NCBI GenBank assembly: GCA_964016885.1
Contig: OZ024742.1
Span: forward strand, 176,390,001-176,454,000
DNA from: Eledone cirrhosa
Taxonomy: Eukaryota
DNA length: 64,000 nt
Direction of reading: 5' to 3'
Shown in pieces: positions 39,472 to 55,404 of this stretch (position 1 is its first letter; every line of letters begins with the position of its first letter). Made by a program: the position numbers and the translations under genes. Under the pieces are notes generated by a model, which ran no database searches, was not told the origin of the DNA, and saw nothing but the letters and a program-made list of their open reading frames with translations.

Positions 39472-39915
39472 ATATCTTCCTGCCAGATGGTTGAATCTCT
39501 GAAAGTATATACTTTCCTTATGCATATTAACGGCGGTGACGTGGTTGCCTAAACACTGTACGGCGTAATACGGGTTGTTTGTTTGTTTACAAACAGACAA
39601 ACCGAGCATTATAAGAAGTGTTCGGTACACCGATACGTGCATATATATATGTGTGCATGTCTGTATATATATATACATACTACTTTACGTATGTATACAT
39701 ATATGTATGTACGTATAAATACATACATACTTACATTTAAGTAAGTACCGTACTAAGAGTGAGAAATGAAATTTCGTTTCATTCTATTCCATTTATCGTT
39801 TTCGGTGCGCCCAGCCGACTGAACTCACTCGATATGCAAAGTAGGCTGCTCAGCCGTTAATATACATAAGGAAAGTATATACTTTCAGACGTTCAACCAT
39901 CTGGCAGGAAGGTAT

Positions 39916-39958
39916 ACGATGCTGACGATAGCTAATAAGCTTGAAACTAGTACATGGT
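39916..39958 (+). ncRNA. Minimal type I hammerhead ribozyme
   Basis: acgatg-CTGACGA-tagct aata agctt-GAAA-ctag-TA-catggt. Confidence 0.78.
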
Positions 39959-40364
39959 TCCTGTGTCAGTGTTGAACAAAAAGGTGACCTGGTTGCCTAA
40001 ACACTGTACGGCGTAATTCGGGCTGTTTGTTTACAAATAAACAAACCGAGCATTATAATAAATGTTCGGTAAACCGATACGTGCATATATATATGTGTGC
40101 ATGTATGTATATATATATACATACTACTGTACGTCTGTATACATATATGGATGTACGTATACATACATACATACTTATATACATACATACTTATATCTAT
40201 GTATATATTAAAAGGATAACAAGGACGATTGGTTACTCCTTCATTACAGTTATTGGTAGGCGACGCGCGTTTCGTCACTGATCCACTCAAGGTTCGATCT
40301 GTATCGATCTTACCCGACTCTATAATCGACAGCTCGACAGACCCTTTAAAATGGTATGTATGTA

Positions 40365-40423
<59 letters not shown>

Positions 40424-40424
40424 G

Positions 40425-40999
40425 GTGGCTGCCAACTCGTTTTCGAGTACGGCCACTACTTTATATCCATGTAGGAGAACCCCTACCGATGCCCTGAACG
40501 AGTGTGACATTTTAGTCCAGCCAGCGACTTGAAAACTCTGGTACAAACACTACACTTGTGACAATTATTGACACATAGTGCTGGGCCTATGGTACAATGT
40601 GACGACAAGTGCAGAGAGATTTCCAGATATAAAGCAATGCCTGTGCTGTGAAGATTTAACGGGGAGCAAAGGCACTGCACAAAGCCAGTCCCACTCTCTT
40701 AACCAAGATGATATTTACCAAAAAGAAGAACAAGTCAACATCATTGGATACCATCAGGGTTGCAGGTGTTATATCAGAGTTTTGTTTCTCCTAGAATTCT
40801 GCCTTGACAAAGGCTAAGGGGTCATCTCTCACAGTGATTTTGAATGGCCATTGACTCTTAAGAGCTCCTTTGCCCTTTGACAGGTTTTGTTTTTAGTCCT
40901 GCAGCATGTCCAAAGTCACCCTCCTCACCAAGAAACCTTGGTGGGGTTGCAAGTTTAGTCGCCAAGGAGCCGACCATGAGACAGGTTGTCTCATGGTCG
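40425..40999 (-). mobile_element. Non-autonomous bipartite RTE-derived element with 5' terminal hairpin
   Basis: Homolog of 18824-19388; 13-bp hairpin cgaccatgagaca-ggt-tgtctcatggtcg at 40971-40999. Confidence 0.7.
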
Positions 41000-41040
41000 T
41001 ATATATATAGTTGTATATATATATATATATATATATACAC

Positions 41041-41091
<51 letters not shown>

Positions 41092-41102
41092 CACACACAC
41101 AC

Positions 41103-41162
<60 letters not shown>

Positions 41163-41202
41163 AGCCAATGTATCTCCCAATGTATACACATATATATATA
41201 TA

Positions 41203-42340
<1,138 letters not shown>

Positions 42341-42351
42341 GTGTATACATT

Positions 42352-43240
42352 GGGAGATACATTGGCTCCCTACCATTTTCTCATCGTAATGGACTATTGT
42401 ATGTGCCTTGCACTGGAGAAACACCAGGACTCTGGCTTTACTGTAGCACCGGCTCAGAGCAGGAGTGTTAAGGCGAAAAGTTATCAGATGCTGAATTTGC
42501 CGACGACATAATTTTGGTGACAAATACATTGAAGGAGGCAGAGGATTTGAGGTGCGAGGTTGAGATTGTGTCGATGAGTGTGGGGCTGAGAATGAATGAG
42601 ACTAAAACAAAATATCTGGTAGAGAATGTTGTGAGCCAGAGAGGATCACTAATGTAGGCGGGAAGCCGCTAGAATTGGTTGAGGACTTCCTGTATTTGGG
42701 AGCAAAGATTGGGAATACGGAAGATGATGTGGATGAGAGGAAGAGCAAGGCCTGGGCGGCGTGCCAGAGCTTGAGATCGGTGTGGAAGTTGGACCTTTGT
42801 ATAGACCTGAAAATCCGCCTCTTCATTGCTGTAGTGGAGTCTGTGCTGCTGTACGGGTCTGAGACCTGGACACTGACCAAGAACCTCACTCAGATGGTCG
42901 ATGGGTGCTACATGAGAATGCTGAGGATGGCTCTGAACATTAATCAGCATACACTGAGGATGAAAATATCAGAGCTGTATGGGAGCCTCCCAAAAGTCAG
43001 TTCAAAAGTGACACAGAGGAGACTGAGGTTAGCTGGACATGCTCACCGACAACCAGAGTTGACATTGCACTCAGTGCTCCTGTGGGAGCCCCTACATGGA
43101 CACACTGGAAGTTAACGTATGTTGATGCCCTAAGGACAGTCACTGGTCTGTTGGAGACGCAGGACATGGCGACGATAATGAGGGATAGAGACCGCTGGAG
43201 AGAACTCGTCCATGGATCTCGTGAATTTTACCCGCCCTAG
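42352..43240 (+). mobile_element. 5'-truncated RTE-like LINE (RT C-terminal half)
   Basis: [40 protein letters not shown] and LAGH motifs; ends in (TA)n. Confidence 0.9.
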
Positions 43241-43275
43241 AAAAATATATATATATATATGTGTGTGTGTATATG

Positions 43276-43306
<31 letters not shown>

Positions 43307-43667
43307 GTATATATTCATATATGTATATATATATATATACACACATATATGTGTGTGTGTGTGTATGTATATGGCTTCTCATAAAGCACAATTAAGCACT
43401 CTTGACTATATGATGAAATTTATTCTAGGTGTCTTGATAGGTATTATGTCATAATTAGGAATATGTTAATGAAAGAATTAAAGTGTTTAAATTTATCTAA
43501 AAACATTCCAGAATAATTTTATGTAAGACCTTTTGTTAAGTTGTCTTTTAAGCACCTGATAAATGATAAGAATTTTTAATATATTCAAAATTATTTGACA
43601 AGCATAAGCAATGTTTCCATTAGAAATATATCTAAAAGACTCTTTCATAATGTCCCAAATACCAGTT

Positions 43668-43890
43668 TAATAATGGTTTCTTATATAGGTGCAAGGCCAG
43701 CAATTTTTTATGGGAGAGGAAAGTCGATTAAATTGACCCCAGTGCATGACTGGTACTTTATTTTATCAACCCCGTAAGGATGAAAGGCAAAGTTAACCTC
43801 GGCCTGATTTGAACTCAGATCATAAAGGGCCATAACTCTGTGCTGCAAAGCATGGCATCCAACCCTCTTCCGATACTGCCAATCCACTGC
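43668..43890 (-). mobile_element. tRNA-derived SINE (family 1)
   Basis: Reverse complement of the consensus. Confidence 0.8.
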
Positions 43891-44717
43891 CAATACCAGT
43901 TTAAAAATGAAAAAGTTATATTGCTAAATCCTTCCAATATTTTGAATATTTAAAATATTATTTCAAAAAAAAGGATCCATGGTACTGGAAGAATTGAGGA
44001 GATTATCTGAACTTTTTTAGGGGGGGGGGGGACTAATTTTGTTTTCTTTTTCTGTTTCTCTTTCATCTACCTATCTATATCCACATACACTTGTGAGTAT
44101 GAATCACATGCTGATGAAAGGTGAGTGTTTGTGTTATTTATTTCTAAACTTCTGATTTCAACTTTATTTATTGAGTGTATTGTCACTTGGTTAAGCACCA
44201 ATATTGGCATTCAGATTTAATCATGAAATTGCTGTTTCTGTGAGATATTTTCTTGTTAGGTTAGTGGGTTTTTATTTATTTCAGGTGGGTCATATAAATA
44301 TAACATGGTTCATTTTTAGATTTTTTTTTTTGTTAGAGTTCTTTAAATGGTGATTAATTTGATTCTGTATAGGTACATTACTGATTGGTGCTGGTCACTG
44401 CAAAAATACAAGAACCATATAATATAAAAGTTGTAGCCTCTGTATTATTAATTAGTAGAAGGATGGTTATTGATAAGTGTAGAAATGTGGTTTGGGGTAT
44501 AATTCTGGAAGATATAATTACATTTTTACTTAGATTAGATGGGTCTGCTATAGGTTTATTGATAGCATTTGTATGATTCAAAGATATCATTGATTTGGAG
44601 TTACTTTGTTTTTATGTTAAGGAATTTAACAGTTATGCATATATATATATGTGTGTGTGTGTCTGTAAGAAATGATATATTATATAAAAGATTATACATT
44701 ATTATTATTAAGGTCTC

Positions 44718-45150
44718 TGGTGGATTGGCAGTATCGGTAGAGGATCGGATGCCATGCTTTGACGCATAGAGTTGCGGCCCTTGCCATTCTGAGTTCAAAT
44801 CCTGCCAAGGTTAACTTTGCTTTTCATCCTTGCGGGGTCGATAAAATAAAGTACCACTAATGTACTGGGGTAATTACTGGCCTTGTGCCAAAAAGTAGAA
44901 ACAATTATTATTAAGGTCTGTGGATTGGCAATATCGATAGAGCATCAGACAGCATGCTTTGTGACATATAGTTATTGCCCTTTACATTTAGAGTTCAAAT
45001 TTCGCCAGGGTTAACTTTTCCTTTCCTCCTTAGGTTGTTGATAAAATAAAATACCAGTAATGCACTGGGATAAATTTAATTGACTTTCCCCTTCCTTTCA
45101 AATTGCTGGCCTTGTGTCAACAGTAGAAACAATTATTATTATTATTATTA
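44718..45150 (+). mobile_element. Two head-to-tail family 1 SINEs
   Basis: ggattggca...gagttcaaat...agaaacaattatt occurs twice, each preceded by attattattaaggtct. Confidence 0.8.
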
Positions 45151-47676
45151 TTGTCACTTACTCATTATGTACCTATGATTTTTCTTACCTCTTCTTATAT
45201 TACCCCTTCCCCACCTAATGCCCCATAGAGTAGAGAGGGTCCTTCATATGTGTCTATGAGCAACAATTTCCCTAGTGCTATTGTCAAGATAGAAAGGAAC
45301 CCAGTAAACACTGTAGAGTGCAAGAAAAAGTGTAAGCAAGATGCAGACCCCAGTTCGTCTGAGAGCTCAGTATCTCCAATTAAGTACTGATTTGGTCTGT
45401 AGTGACCCATTCAACCTTTTTAACTCAGAAAATAGATGAACAATGATGTCAAGAATGATGATGTTCATCATCATTGTTTCACAACTATTTGCCATGCTAG
45501 AATGGGTTAGACGAGTTGCTCTATTTGAGGCAAGACAGGTCAGGTGATCGTGTCTTGCTCATGACTGTTCATATATATGTACAGTTGTTACATTGATTGA
45601 CTATGTATAAAAAATATATTGAAGACATTTGCCAGAGTTTGTACCATAAATATAAAATAACTGAATGACTTTGTAATACAGCAATGCACTTACAAATATA
45701 ATCCACAAGCTTCTTACTGTATTTTATTTTTATTTTCCTGTGTTGTTGTTTCTAGTAAGTGCATCTAACTTAGTGGTTTTCAACCGTTTATTATTATTTT
45801 TTTTTTGGATTCACTCGTGGCACACTTTAAAACTTGTAAAAATATTTTGGTGTACTTGGTGATTAGAAATTCCAAAATATATTCAGAAGAGCAATTCATA
45901 CATATTAGCATAGCATGAAATAGAAATAGAAATGATTATAAATACAGAAAAATTATTTTATTTCCGTCTTTAGTCAACATATACAGTCAACATCTATACA
46001 CTTTATTTATACAGTCAGCACCTAAACACTGTGTTTGTCTATTTATATATCAAGTCAACATCTACACATTTGTTTATATATGCAGTAAACATCTATTTGT
46101 ATATAAATGATATGTGTGTGTGTTTGTATATACATGGAGATCACTATATCACCAGTTGCTCATTGATTTTAATCAAGCTTTCAATAAAATTACAGAAACA
46201 GATCTTCCATTTGCTTGTGGAACCAATTGCAATTTTGTAACTGTCATTGTAGGACATTGTAATATTTGAGAAGATAAGGTGCTGTTTACTAATGAGTAGT
46301 TAGCATTGGTATCACAATCCAAATGTAAAAACAATTTCATGAAATTCCCAAGTCCAACTCACTCATGTTAACATGCCAAAAAATTTAAGAAAAAAGAATA
46401 ATATTGAAACTGTGATGTATAATCTGTCATACACCCCTGGGTATTAATAATGGCATATTATTATCTTAATTTCTTTGATCTTCAAGTAAAATTCAATATA
46501 TTTGGTCTGATTCTCTGTTGGGAATTCATTACAAAAATATTTTCTAGAAATGTTTGTTATTTATTTGTAAGAAAATATTAGTTAAAGATTGATCAGCTGT
46601 CTTGCTAATAGGAACTGTGAATGTACCTGTCATTCTAGCATGTAATGAATGTAATAAAAGCATTAGTAGATTGTCATTAATAAAATGATACACTCACAAC
46701 CATATATGTCTATTTTCTTCTTCGAGCAGCCTGATTGGGGAATTGCAATATTGTGCATTTCAGTCCTGCCATTTCATAAGTTCTGTTAACTCTGAACATA
46801 TCATAGAAAAATAGACAGATCAATAATTTTAGTAACAGAATATGTGACCTATTTGTTTGGCAAACTTTAATGCAAATATGCTGCTCTATGGTTGTTAGTC
46901 GAGGGAATATTTTTGATAATTATGTGAGAAACATCTCTGAAGTGAATTATTCTTGTATTCATAACTATACCTGCCAACATTAACAGGTCTCTAATAAATG
47001 CTGTTTCCTTCCAGGCATATCATCTGCAAGTTTTATATTCTTTTCAATTAATGCAATTTTTGAAACATTATATTTCTTCTCTTTTTTTGTTCCTTGTATT
47101 ATTTATTTTTCTTTCCGTTCCTGATTTCCTGAAAACAAATCCAATTGTCACAATTCCCGCATTATCAAAAGCATGTATTTTCTTTGTCAATGTCATCCAC
47201 AAACATGCTATAAACAAATGAAAAATCGAGAGAAAATGTCATAATACTCATAGATTGCGTTTAAGATTTTTTTTTTTATTCCTTCAGATTCTTTCTTTGA
47301 TACAATGTCAGGATTATTGCAATGCCTGAGTTATCCTTCAAAATATTAGTTTTCTATCCAATAAGGACTAAAATTTGTACACGCATTCAGAATCAAGGCA
47401 TCTAAATTGTTTAAATATTTCAGGAAACATGGTCTCATGGAACCAAACCAAATCAACCAACTAAAATGTAAATGAAAAATTATGTAATATCAAAATATAG
47501 TTTTCAATCATAACGTAATAATGTGATTGATATAATGCAACAGTATGTTAAATTTGATGATGGAGCATATTATTATCACACGGGGAAGAGGTTATGAATA
47601 GCGTGTGCGTGTATGTGGGAAAGAGCAAGTGAGACTGCTGATGGTAGCAACATTTTTTTTTTTTTTAAATCTTACA

Positions 47677-48015
47677 CATCATCATTTCATTTTACGTCCG
47701 CTTTTTCCCTGCTTGCAAGGGTGGGACGGGAACTGATTCTGGCTTGATTTCTACAGCTGGATGCCCTTCCTAACACCAACCTCATTTACAGTGAGTGCTG
47801 GGTGCTTTTTTGCCGTGGCACCTCCACGACCACTTTGCAGTGGAATGATATGGACCCCAGTCCCTATCATCTCATTTCTACAGCTGAGTAAACTGGAGCA
47901 ATGTGAAATAAAGTGTCTTGCTCAAGGAAACAACACATCACCCGGGCTGAGAATTGAACTCACAACCTTTCGATTGCAAGGCCAATGCTCTAACCACTAA
48001 GCCATGTGCCTCCAC
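47677..48015 (-). mobile_element. tRNA-derived SINE (family 2) with RTE-like 3' tail
   Basis: Head tggcttagtggttagagc...gagttcaattc, CORE-like ccttgagcaagacact, and a tail similar to the RTE 3' UTR at 24969-25140. Pieces also near 7525-7745, 31935-32062 and 35565-35750. Confidence 0.7.
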
Positions 48016-48099
48016 TATTATATTATTTCTGTGCATGTTTTGTATGCATATTTACACATAAATATACATACAAACGCTAAAGAAAATAATTACCTTATC

Positions 48100-48535
48100 G
48101 AAAGATGCTTTTAACAAAATGTCGTGAACGCTGGGTGATAAGCAATAAAATGCCAAGGAAAGTGGAAACAGTTGAATTGTGCTTCATCCAGAGAATATTC
48201 AAAATATCTTGTGGATGGAAAAGAAAACCATCAGTAAAGTCGTAAGACTGACTGAAATGGAAACATCTTTGTATGTACAAGTAGGAAGAGGGAATTGGAA
48301 ATCCTGGTCACATAAATACAAGAGACGGTTTAGAGAGGCTGATGTTTTGTGTTAAGATCGCTGGTAAGAGGAAACAAAGAAGACAAAGAACAACATCTAC
48401 AGAGAGCCTGAACAAATACATCAACGAAAATAGGATGAGAAAGAGTGACTGCATCTGCAGCAATGACAACAGGAAGGACTAGAGAACCATGATTGCCGAT
48501 GTTTGTAATGGACATTGCACCTGACGATAATGATT
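48100..48535 (+). pseudogene. Old RTE-like LINE 3' end
   Basis: Decayed ERW..RKVETVELCFIQRIFKIS..GHINTRDGLERL..KIAGKRKQRRQR..RTMIADV, followed by a gat-like tail. Confidence 0.6.
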
Positions 48536-48579
48536 ATAAACACATGCACATATATACATGCGCACACATATATATATAT

Positions 48580-48800
48580 AATAAGGATTTCTGATTTAGG
48601 CACAAGGCCAACAGTTTTGGGAGATGGGAAAGTCGATTAAATTGACCCCAGTGCATTACAGGTGCTTTATTTTATCGCCCCTGTATGGATGAAAGGCAAA
48701 GCTAACCCCGGCAGGATTTGAACTCAGATCATAAAGGAGTATAACTCTATTATACAAAGCAAGGAGTCCATCGCTCTACCAATTTGGCCAATCCACCACA
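48580..48800 (-). mobile_element. tRNA-derived SINE (family 1)
   Basis: Reverse complement of the consensus. Confidence 0.8.
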
Positions 48801-49303
48801 CTACCTTATTATATATATAATAATAATACAATATCATCATTTTATTTATTTGTTGTGCTCATAATAATACAATATATATATATATATATGTGTATGTGTA
48901 TGTGTGTGTGTGTGTTGAAAGAACCCCATTAGTTGTGTCAATGGCACAACAACCTCTCCAGTATTGATGATCTACACAATAAACATTTTCAGTATACACT
49001 GTAAAATGAGTGGTGCTAGGATGGACAGCTGTAAAAAAATAATGCAGTAAACAATAATTGGCAAAAAACATGTCAATCAATATGATTATGTGTCAGTGTT
49101 AGGGCAATGATTTGTTGATAATTTCAGTCTTCACTGATGACACAAATATAAACAAAATTATTCATTAATTCTGGAATCAATGTTCAAATTATAATATATA
49201 AATATATCTATATATATATTATTTATGGAGATTGAGCAAGGATTTGATAAAACCAAATTCTGTTCTTTTGTGCATTAATTTTCATGTTTGCTATTTTTTG
49301 CAT

Positions 49304-49415
<112 letters not shown>

Positions 49416-49869
49416 TATATATATATAGAGAGAGAGAGAGAGTTATACAGAGGAAGAGAGAGAGAGAAAAGGAACCTTATGTTTTTGTGTGTATATGAGT
49501 ATATGAATGTGCATATATTCATTGTGGTTCTGGAGTAATGTCTGTGTGTGAACCTCTATTCATAAATTTACACACGCTGTTCAAAATGTTACAGTCAATA
49601 TCTTTAATAGAGGCACAGTTATTGCAAAATGAAATGCATTAATGAACTGTAAAAGGGACTTTATGAAAAACAAGGTGGAGGGGAATAAAATGATGGAAAA
49701 GGAAGAAGTGAAAAAACCAAAAAAAAGGAGTGCTAGAAGAAATGATGCTAACATACAGACACACGTATATATATGTATATATATAGCCATCGTCATCATT
49801 TCACATTTATTTACCATGCTGACATGAATATATTATAATATATATATATATAAATATATAAATATACAT

Positions 49870-49934
<65 letters not shown>

Positions 49935-50490
49935 GTATGTATGTACATGTGTGTGTGTGTGAGTCCATGTAAGCATGTCTATTTATAAATTCGTATAAAT
50001 GATTCTGTATTTGTGTGCATGTTGAAAATGAAATATGCACATTATTAATATATATACATACATATATATATGCATAATTGTGTATTATATATATATTCAT
50101 ACATACACAAACACACACATATATACACATGTACATACACAATGAAATATAAATGTAGAAAATGTCAGAGCATTAGCAACTATTTTAGTTGCTAAAATTT
50201 GCGAGTACCTCTTATTTGAATTGTTAACTTCGGTGATGTCACCGGAGGCTCTTGTTAGCAATAAAGATGATGACGCTATTGTAAAAATTGAATTGATGGG
50301 AAAGAGGGGAAAGAAAGTGTATAGGTGAGAGACAAAGAGCCAATAGCAGATGTATCTCTAGAAAGAGAAAGGGATATTTTTTGTGAATATCATGAGTGGG
50401 GAACTGGGAGAAGTAGAGGAGAGGAAGTATATGAATAGAAATATATAGATTTCTGACTGACATGTAAGCATGTGTGTATATGCAAGTGTA

Positions 50491-50538
<48 letters not shown>

Positions 50539-50539
<1 letters not shown>

Positions 50540-50630
50540 TTCAAAACAAAAAAACAAAATCCTTTCCTTCTTCCTTCTTCGAAGGCACGGGGCGGACAAA
50601 CGCCTAACACACACAGCCATCATGTGGCCA

Positions 50631-50692
<62 letters not shown>

Positions 50693-51171
50693 CTCTCTCT
50701 CTATATATATATATATATGATAGGAATTCACTTCGCCAAATTCATTGCTTGCTGTCTAACCCACGATATTCATGTAAACGTAATGTACGGACTTCATTTC
50801 TCTCCCTCCACAAATCTTAATTCTAGCGTATTTTCAAAACAATCCATATTTCGTATCAAGTCCAAATAGCCAATCTATCGCTAAAACAAACTACATTTTC
50901 TGTTTCTATTAATTGTTAAATACGAAAGTTTTTGGGCGTATTTAACAGAACAAATTTTGTATTTTTGTTAATCGCTTGTTAAATGCAAGGACCCCATTCA
51001 ATCATTACCTTCTTGCTAGCTATTTTCAAACCTTAATTCCTAACGTATTTTCAAACCTCAATCCCTAATTCTAGCGTATCTTCAAAACAAAAAAACAAAA
51101 TCCTTTCCTTCTTCCTTCTTCGAAGGCACGGGGCGGTCAAACGCCTAACACACACAGCCATCATGTGGCCA

Positions 51172-51221
<50 letters not shown>

Positions 51222-51697
51222 TCTCTATATATATATATATATATGATAGGAATTCTCTTCGCCAAATTCATTGCTTGCTGTCTAACCCACGATATTCATG
51301 TAAACGTAATGTACGGACTTCATTTCTCTCCCTCCACAAATCTTAATTCTAGCGTATTTTCAAAACAATCCATATTTCGTATCAAGTCCAAATAGCCAAT
51401 CTATCGCTAAAACAAACTACATTTTCTGTTTCTATTAATTGTTAAATACGAAAGTTTTTGGGCGTATTTAACAGAACAAATTTTGTATTTTTGTTAATCG
51501 CTTGTTAAATGCAAGGACCCCATTCAATCATTACCTTCTTGCTAGCTATTTTCAAACCTTAATTCCTAACGTATTTTCAAACCTCAATCCCTAATTCTAG
51601 CGTATCTTCAAAACAAAAAAACAAAATCCTTTCCTTCTTCCTTCTTCGAAGGCACGGGGCGGTCAAACGCCTAACACACACAGCCATCATGTGGCCA

Positions 51698-51746
<49 letters not shown>

Positions 51747-52220
51747 TCTCTCTCTATATATATATATATGATAGGAATTCACTTCGCCAAATTAATTGCT
51801 TGCTGTCTAACCCACGATATTCATGTAAACGTAATGTACGGACTTCATTTCTCTCCCTCCACAAATCTTAATTCTAACGTATTTTCAAAACAATCCATAT
51901 TTCGTATCAAGTCCAAATAGCCAATCTATCGCTAAAACAAACTACATTTTCTGTTTCTATTAATTGTTAAATACGAAAGTTTTTGGGCGTATTTAACAGA
52001 ACAAATTTTGTATTTTTGTTAATCGCTTGTTAAATGCAAGGACCCCATTCAATCATTACCTTCTTGCTAGCTATTTTCAAACCTTAATTCCTAACGTATT
52101 TTCAAACCTCAATCCCTAATTCTAGCGTATCTTCAAAACAAAAAAACAAAATCCTTTCCTTCTTCCTTCTTCGAAGGCACGGGGCGGTCAAACGCCTAAC
52201 ACACACAGCCATCATGTGGC

Positions 52221-52273
<53 letters not shown>

Positions 52274-52749
52274 TCTCTCTCTATATATATATATATGATA
52301 GGAATTCACTTCGCCAAATTAATTGCTTGCTGTCTAACCCACGATATTCATGTAAACGTAATGTACGGACTTCATTTCTCTCCCTCCACAAATCTTAATT
52401 CTAACGTATTTTCAAAACAATCCATATTTCGTATCAAGTCCAAATAGCCAATCTATCGCTAAAACAAACTACATTTTCTGTTTCTATTAATTGTTAAATA
52501 CGAAAGTTTTTGGGCGTATTTAACAGAACAAATTTTGTATTTTTGTTAATCGCTTGTTAAATGCAAGGACCCCATTCAATCATTACCTTCTTGCTAGCTA
52601 TTTTCAAACCTTAATTCCTAACGTATTTTCAAACCTCAATCCCTAATTCTAGCGTATCTTCAAAACAAAAAAACAAAATCCTTTCCTTCTTCCTTCTTCG
52701 AAGGCACGGGGCGGTCAAACGCCTAACACACACAGCCATCATGTGGCCA

Positions 52750-52805
<56 letters not shown>

Positions 52806-53791
52806 TCTCTCTATATATATATATATATGATAGGAATTCACTTCGCCAAATTCATTGCTTGCTGTCTAACCCACGATATTCATGTAAACGTAATGTACGG
52901 ACTTCATTTCTCTCCCTCCACAAATCTTAATTCTAGCGTATTTTCAAAACAATCCATATTTCGTATCAAGTCCAAATAGCCAATCTATCGCTAAAACAAA
53001 CTACATTTTCTGTTTCTATTAATTGTTAAATACGAAAGTTTTTGGGCGTATTTAACAGAACAAATTTTGTATTTTTGTTAATCGCTTGTTAAATGCAAGG
53101 ACCCCATTCAATCATTACCTTCTTGCTAGCTATTTTCAAACCTTTATTCCTAACGTATTTTCAAACCTCAATCCCTAATTCTAGCGTATCTTCAAAACAA
53201 AAAAACAAAATCCTTTCCTTCTTCCTTCTTCGAAGGCACGGGGCGGTCAAACGCCTAACACACACAGCCATCATGTGGCCACCCCCCTCTCTCTCTCTCT
53301 CTCTCTCTCTCCATATCTCTATATATATATATATATATGATAGGAATTCACTTCGCCAAATTCATTGCTTGCTGTCTAACCCACGATATTCATGTAAACG
53401 TAATGTACGGACTTCATTTCTCTCCCTCCACAAATCTTAATTCTAGCGTATTTTCAAAACAATCCATATTTCGTATCAAGTCCAAATAGCCAATCTATCG
53501 CTAAAACAAACTACATTTTCTGTTTCTATTAATTGTTAAATACGAAAGTTTTTGGGCGTATTTAACAGAACAAATTTTGTATTTTTGTTAATCGCTTGTT
53601 AAATGCAAGGACCCCATTCAATCATTACCTTCTTGCTATCTATTTTCAAACCTTAATTCCTAACGTATTTTCAAACCTCAATCCCTAATTCTAGCGTATC
53701 TTCAAAACAAAAAAACAAAATCCTTTCCTTCTTCCTTCTTCGAAGGCACGGGGCGGTCAAACGCCTAACACACACAGCCATCATGTGGCCA

Positions 53792-53843
<52 letters not shown>

Positions 53844-54319
53844 TCTCTATATATATATATATATATGATAGGAATTCACTTCGCCAAATTCATTGCTTGC
53901 TGTCTAACCCACGATATTCATGTAAACGTAATGTACGGACTTCATTTCTCTCCCTCCACAAATCTTAATTCTAGCGTATTTTCAAAACAATCCATATTTC
54001 GTATCAAGTCCAAATAGCCAATCTATCGCTAAAACAAACTACATTTTCTGTTTCTATTAATTGTTAAATACGAAAGTTTTGGGGCGTATTTAACAGAACA
54101 AATTTTGTATTTTTGTTAATCGCTTGTTAAATGCAAGGACCCCATTCAATCATTACCTTCTTGCTAGCTATTTTCAAACCTTAATTCCTAACGTATTTTC
54201 AAACCTCAATCCCTAATTCTAGCGTATCTTCAAAACAAAAAAACAAAATCCTTTCCTTCTTCCTTCTTGGAAGGCACGGGGCGGTCAAACGCCTAACACA
54301 CACAGCCATCATGTGGCCA

Positions 54320-54366
<47 letters not shown>

Positions 54367-54842
54367 TCTCTCTCTATATATATATATATGATAGGAATTC
54401 ACTTCGCCAAATTCATTGCTTGCTGTCTAACCCACGATATTCATGTAAACGTAATGTACGGACTTCATTTCTCTCCCTCCACAAATCTTAATTCTAGCGT
54501 ATTTTCAAAACAATCCATATTTCGTATCAAGTCCAAATAGCCAATCTATCGCTAAAACAAACTACATTTTCTGTTTCTATTAATTGTTAAATACGAAAGT
54601 TTTTGGGCGTATTTAACAGAACAAATTTTGTATTTTTGTTAATCGCTTGTTAAATGCAAGGACCCCATTCAATCATTACCTTCTTGCTAGCTATTTTCAA
54701 ACCTTAATTCCTAACGTATTTTCAAACCTCAATCCCTAATTCTAGCGTATCTTCAAAACAAAAAAACAAAATCCTTTCCTTCTTCCTTCTTCGAAGGCAC
54801 GGGGCGGTCAAACGCCTAACACACACAGCCATCATGTGGCCA

Positions 54843-54884
<42 letters not shown>

Positions 54885-55360
54885 TCTCTATATATATATA
54901 TATATATGATAGGAATTCACTTCGCCAAATTCATTGCTTGCTGTCTAACCCACGATATTCATGTAAACGTAATGTACGGACTTCATTTCTCTCCCTCCAC
55001 AAATCTTAATTCTAGCGTATTTTCAAAACAATCCATATTTCGTATCAAGTCCAAATAGCCAATCTATCGCTAAAACAAACTACATTTTCTGTTTCTATTA
55101 ATTGTTAAATACGAAAGTTTTTGGGCGTATTTAACAGAACAAATTTTGTATTTTTGTTAATCGCTTGTTAAATGCAAGGACCCCATTCAATCATTACCTT
55201 CTTGCTAGCTATTTTCAAACCTTAATTCCTAACGTATTTTCAAACCTCAATCCCTAATTCTAGCGTATCTTCAAAACAAAAAAACAAAATCCTTTCCTTC
55301 TTCCTTCTTCGAAGGCACGGGGCGGTCAAACGCCTAACACACACAGCCATCATGTGGCCA

Positions 55361-55404
<44 letters not shown>

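Larger units (their letters stand above)
39157..40345 (+). mobile_element. PLE/retrozyme-like element: inverted copy plus 1.5 tandem ~448-bp units plus tail
   Basis: ggttgcctaaacactg at 39543 and 39991 (period 448); 39157-39532 is the reverse complement of the unit. Confidence 0.75.

Noticed and set aside
45195-45410. Short open frames on both strands
   Set aside because: No recognisable domain and no convincing pair of splice sites.
50565-50615. HDV-like or hammerhead ribozyme in the array unit (gggg-cg..cgc-ctaa)
   Set aside because: A P4/J4-2-like piece exists, but I could not form P1 or P2, and there is no CTGA core on either strand.
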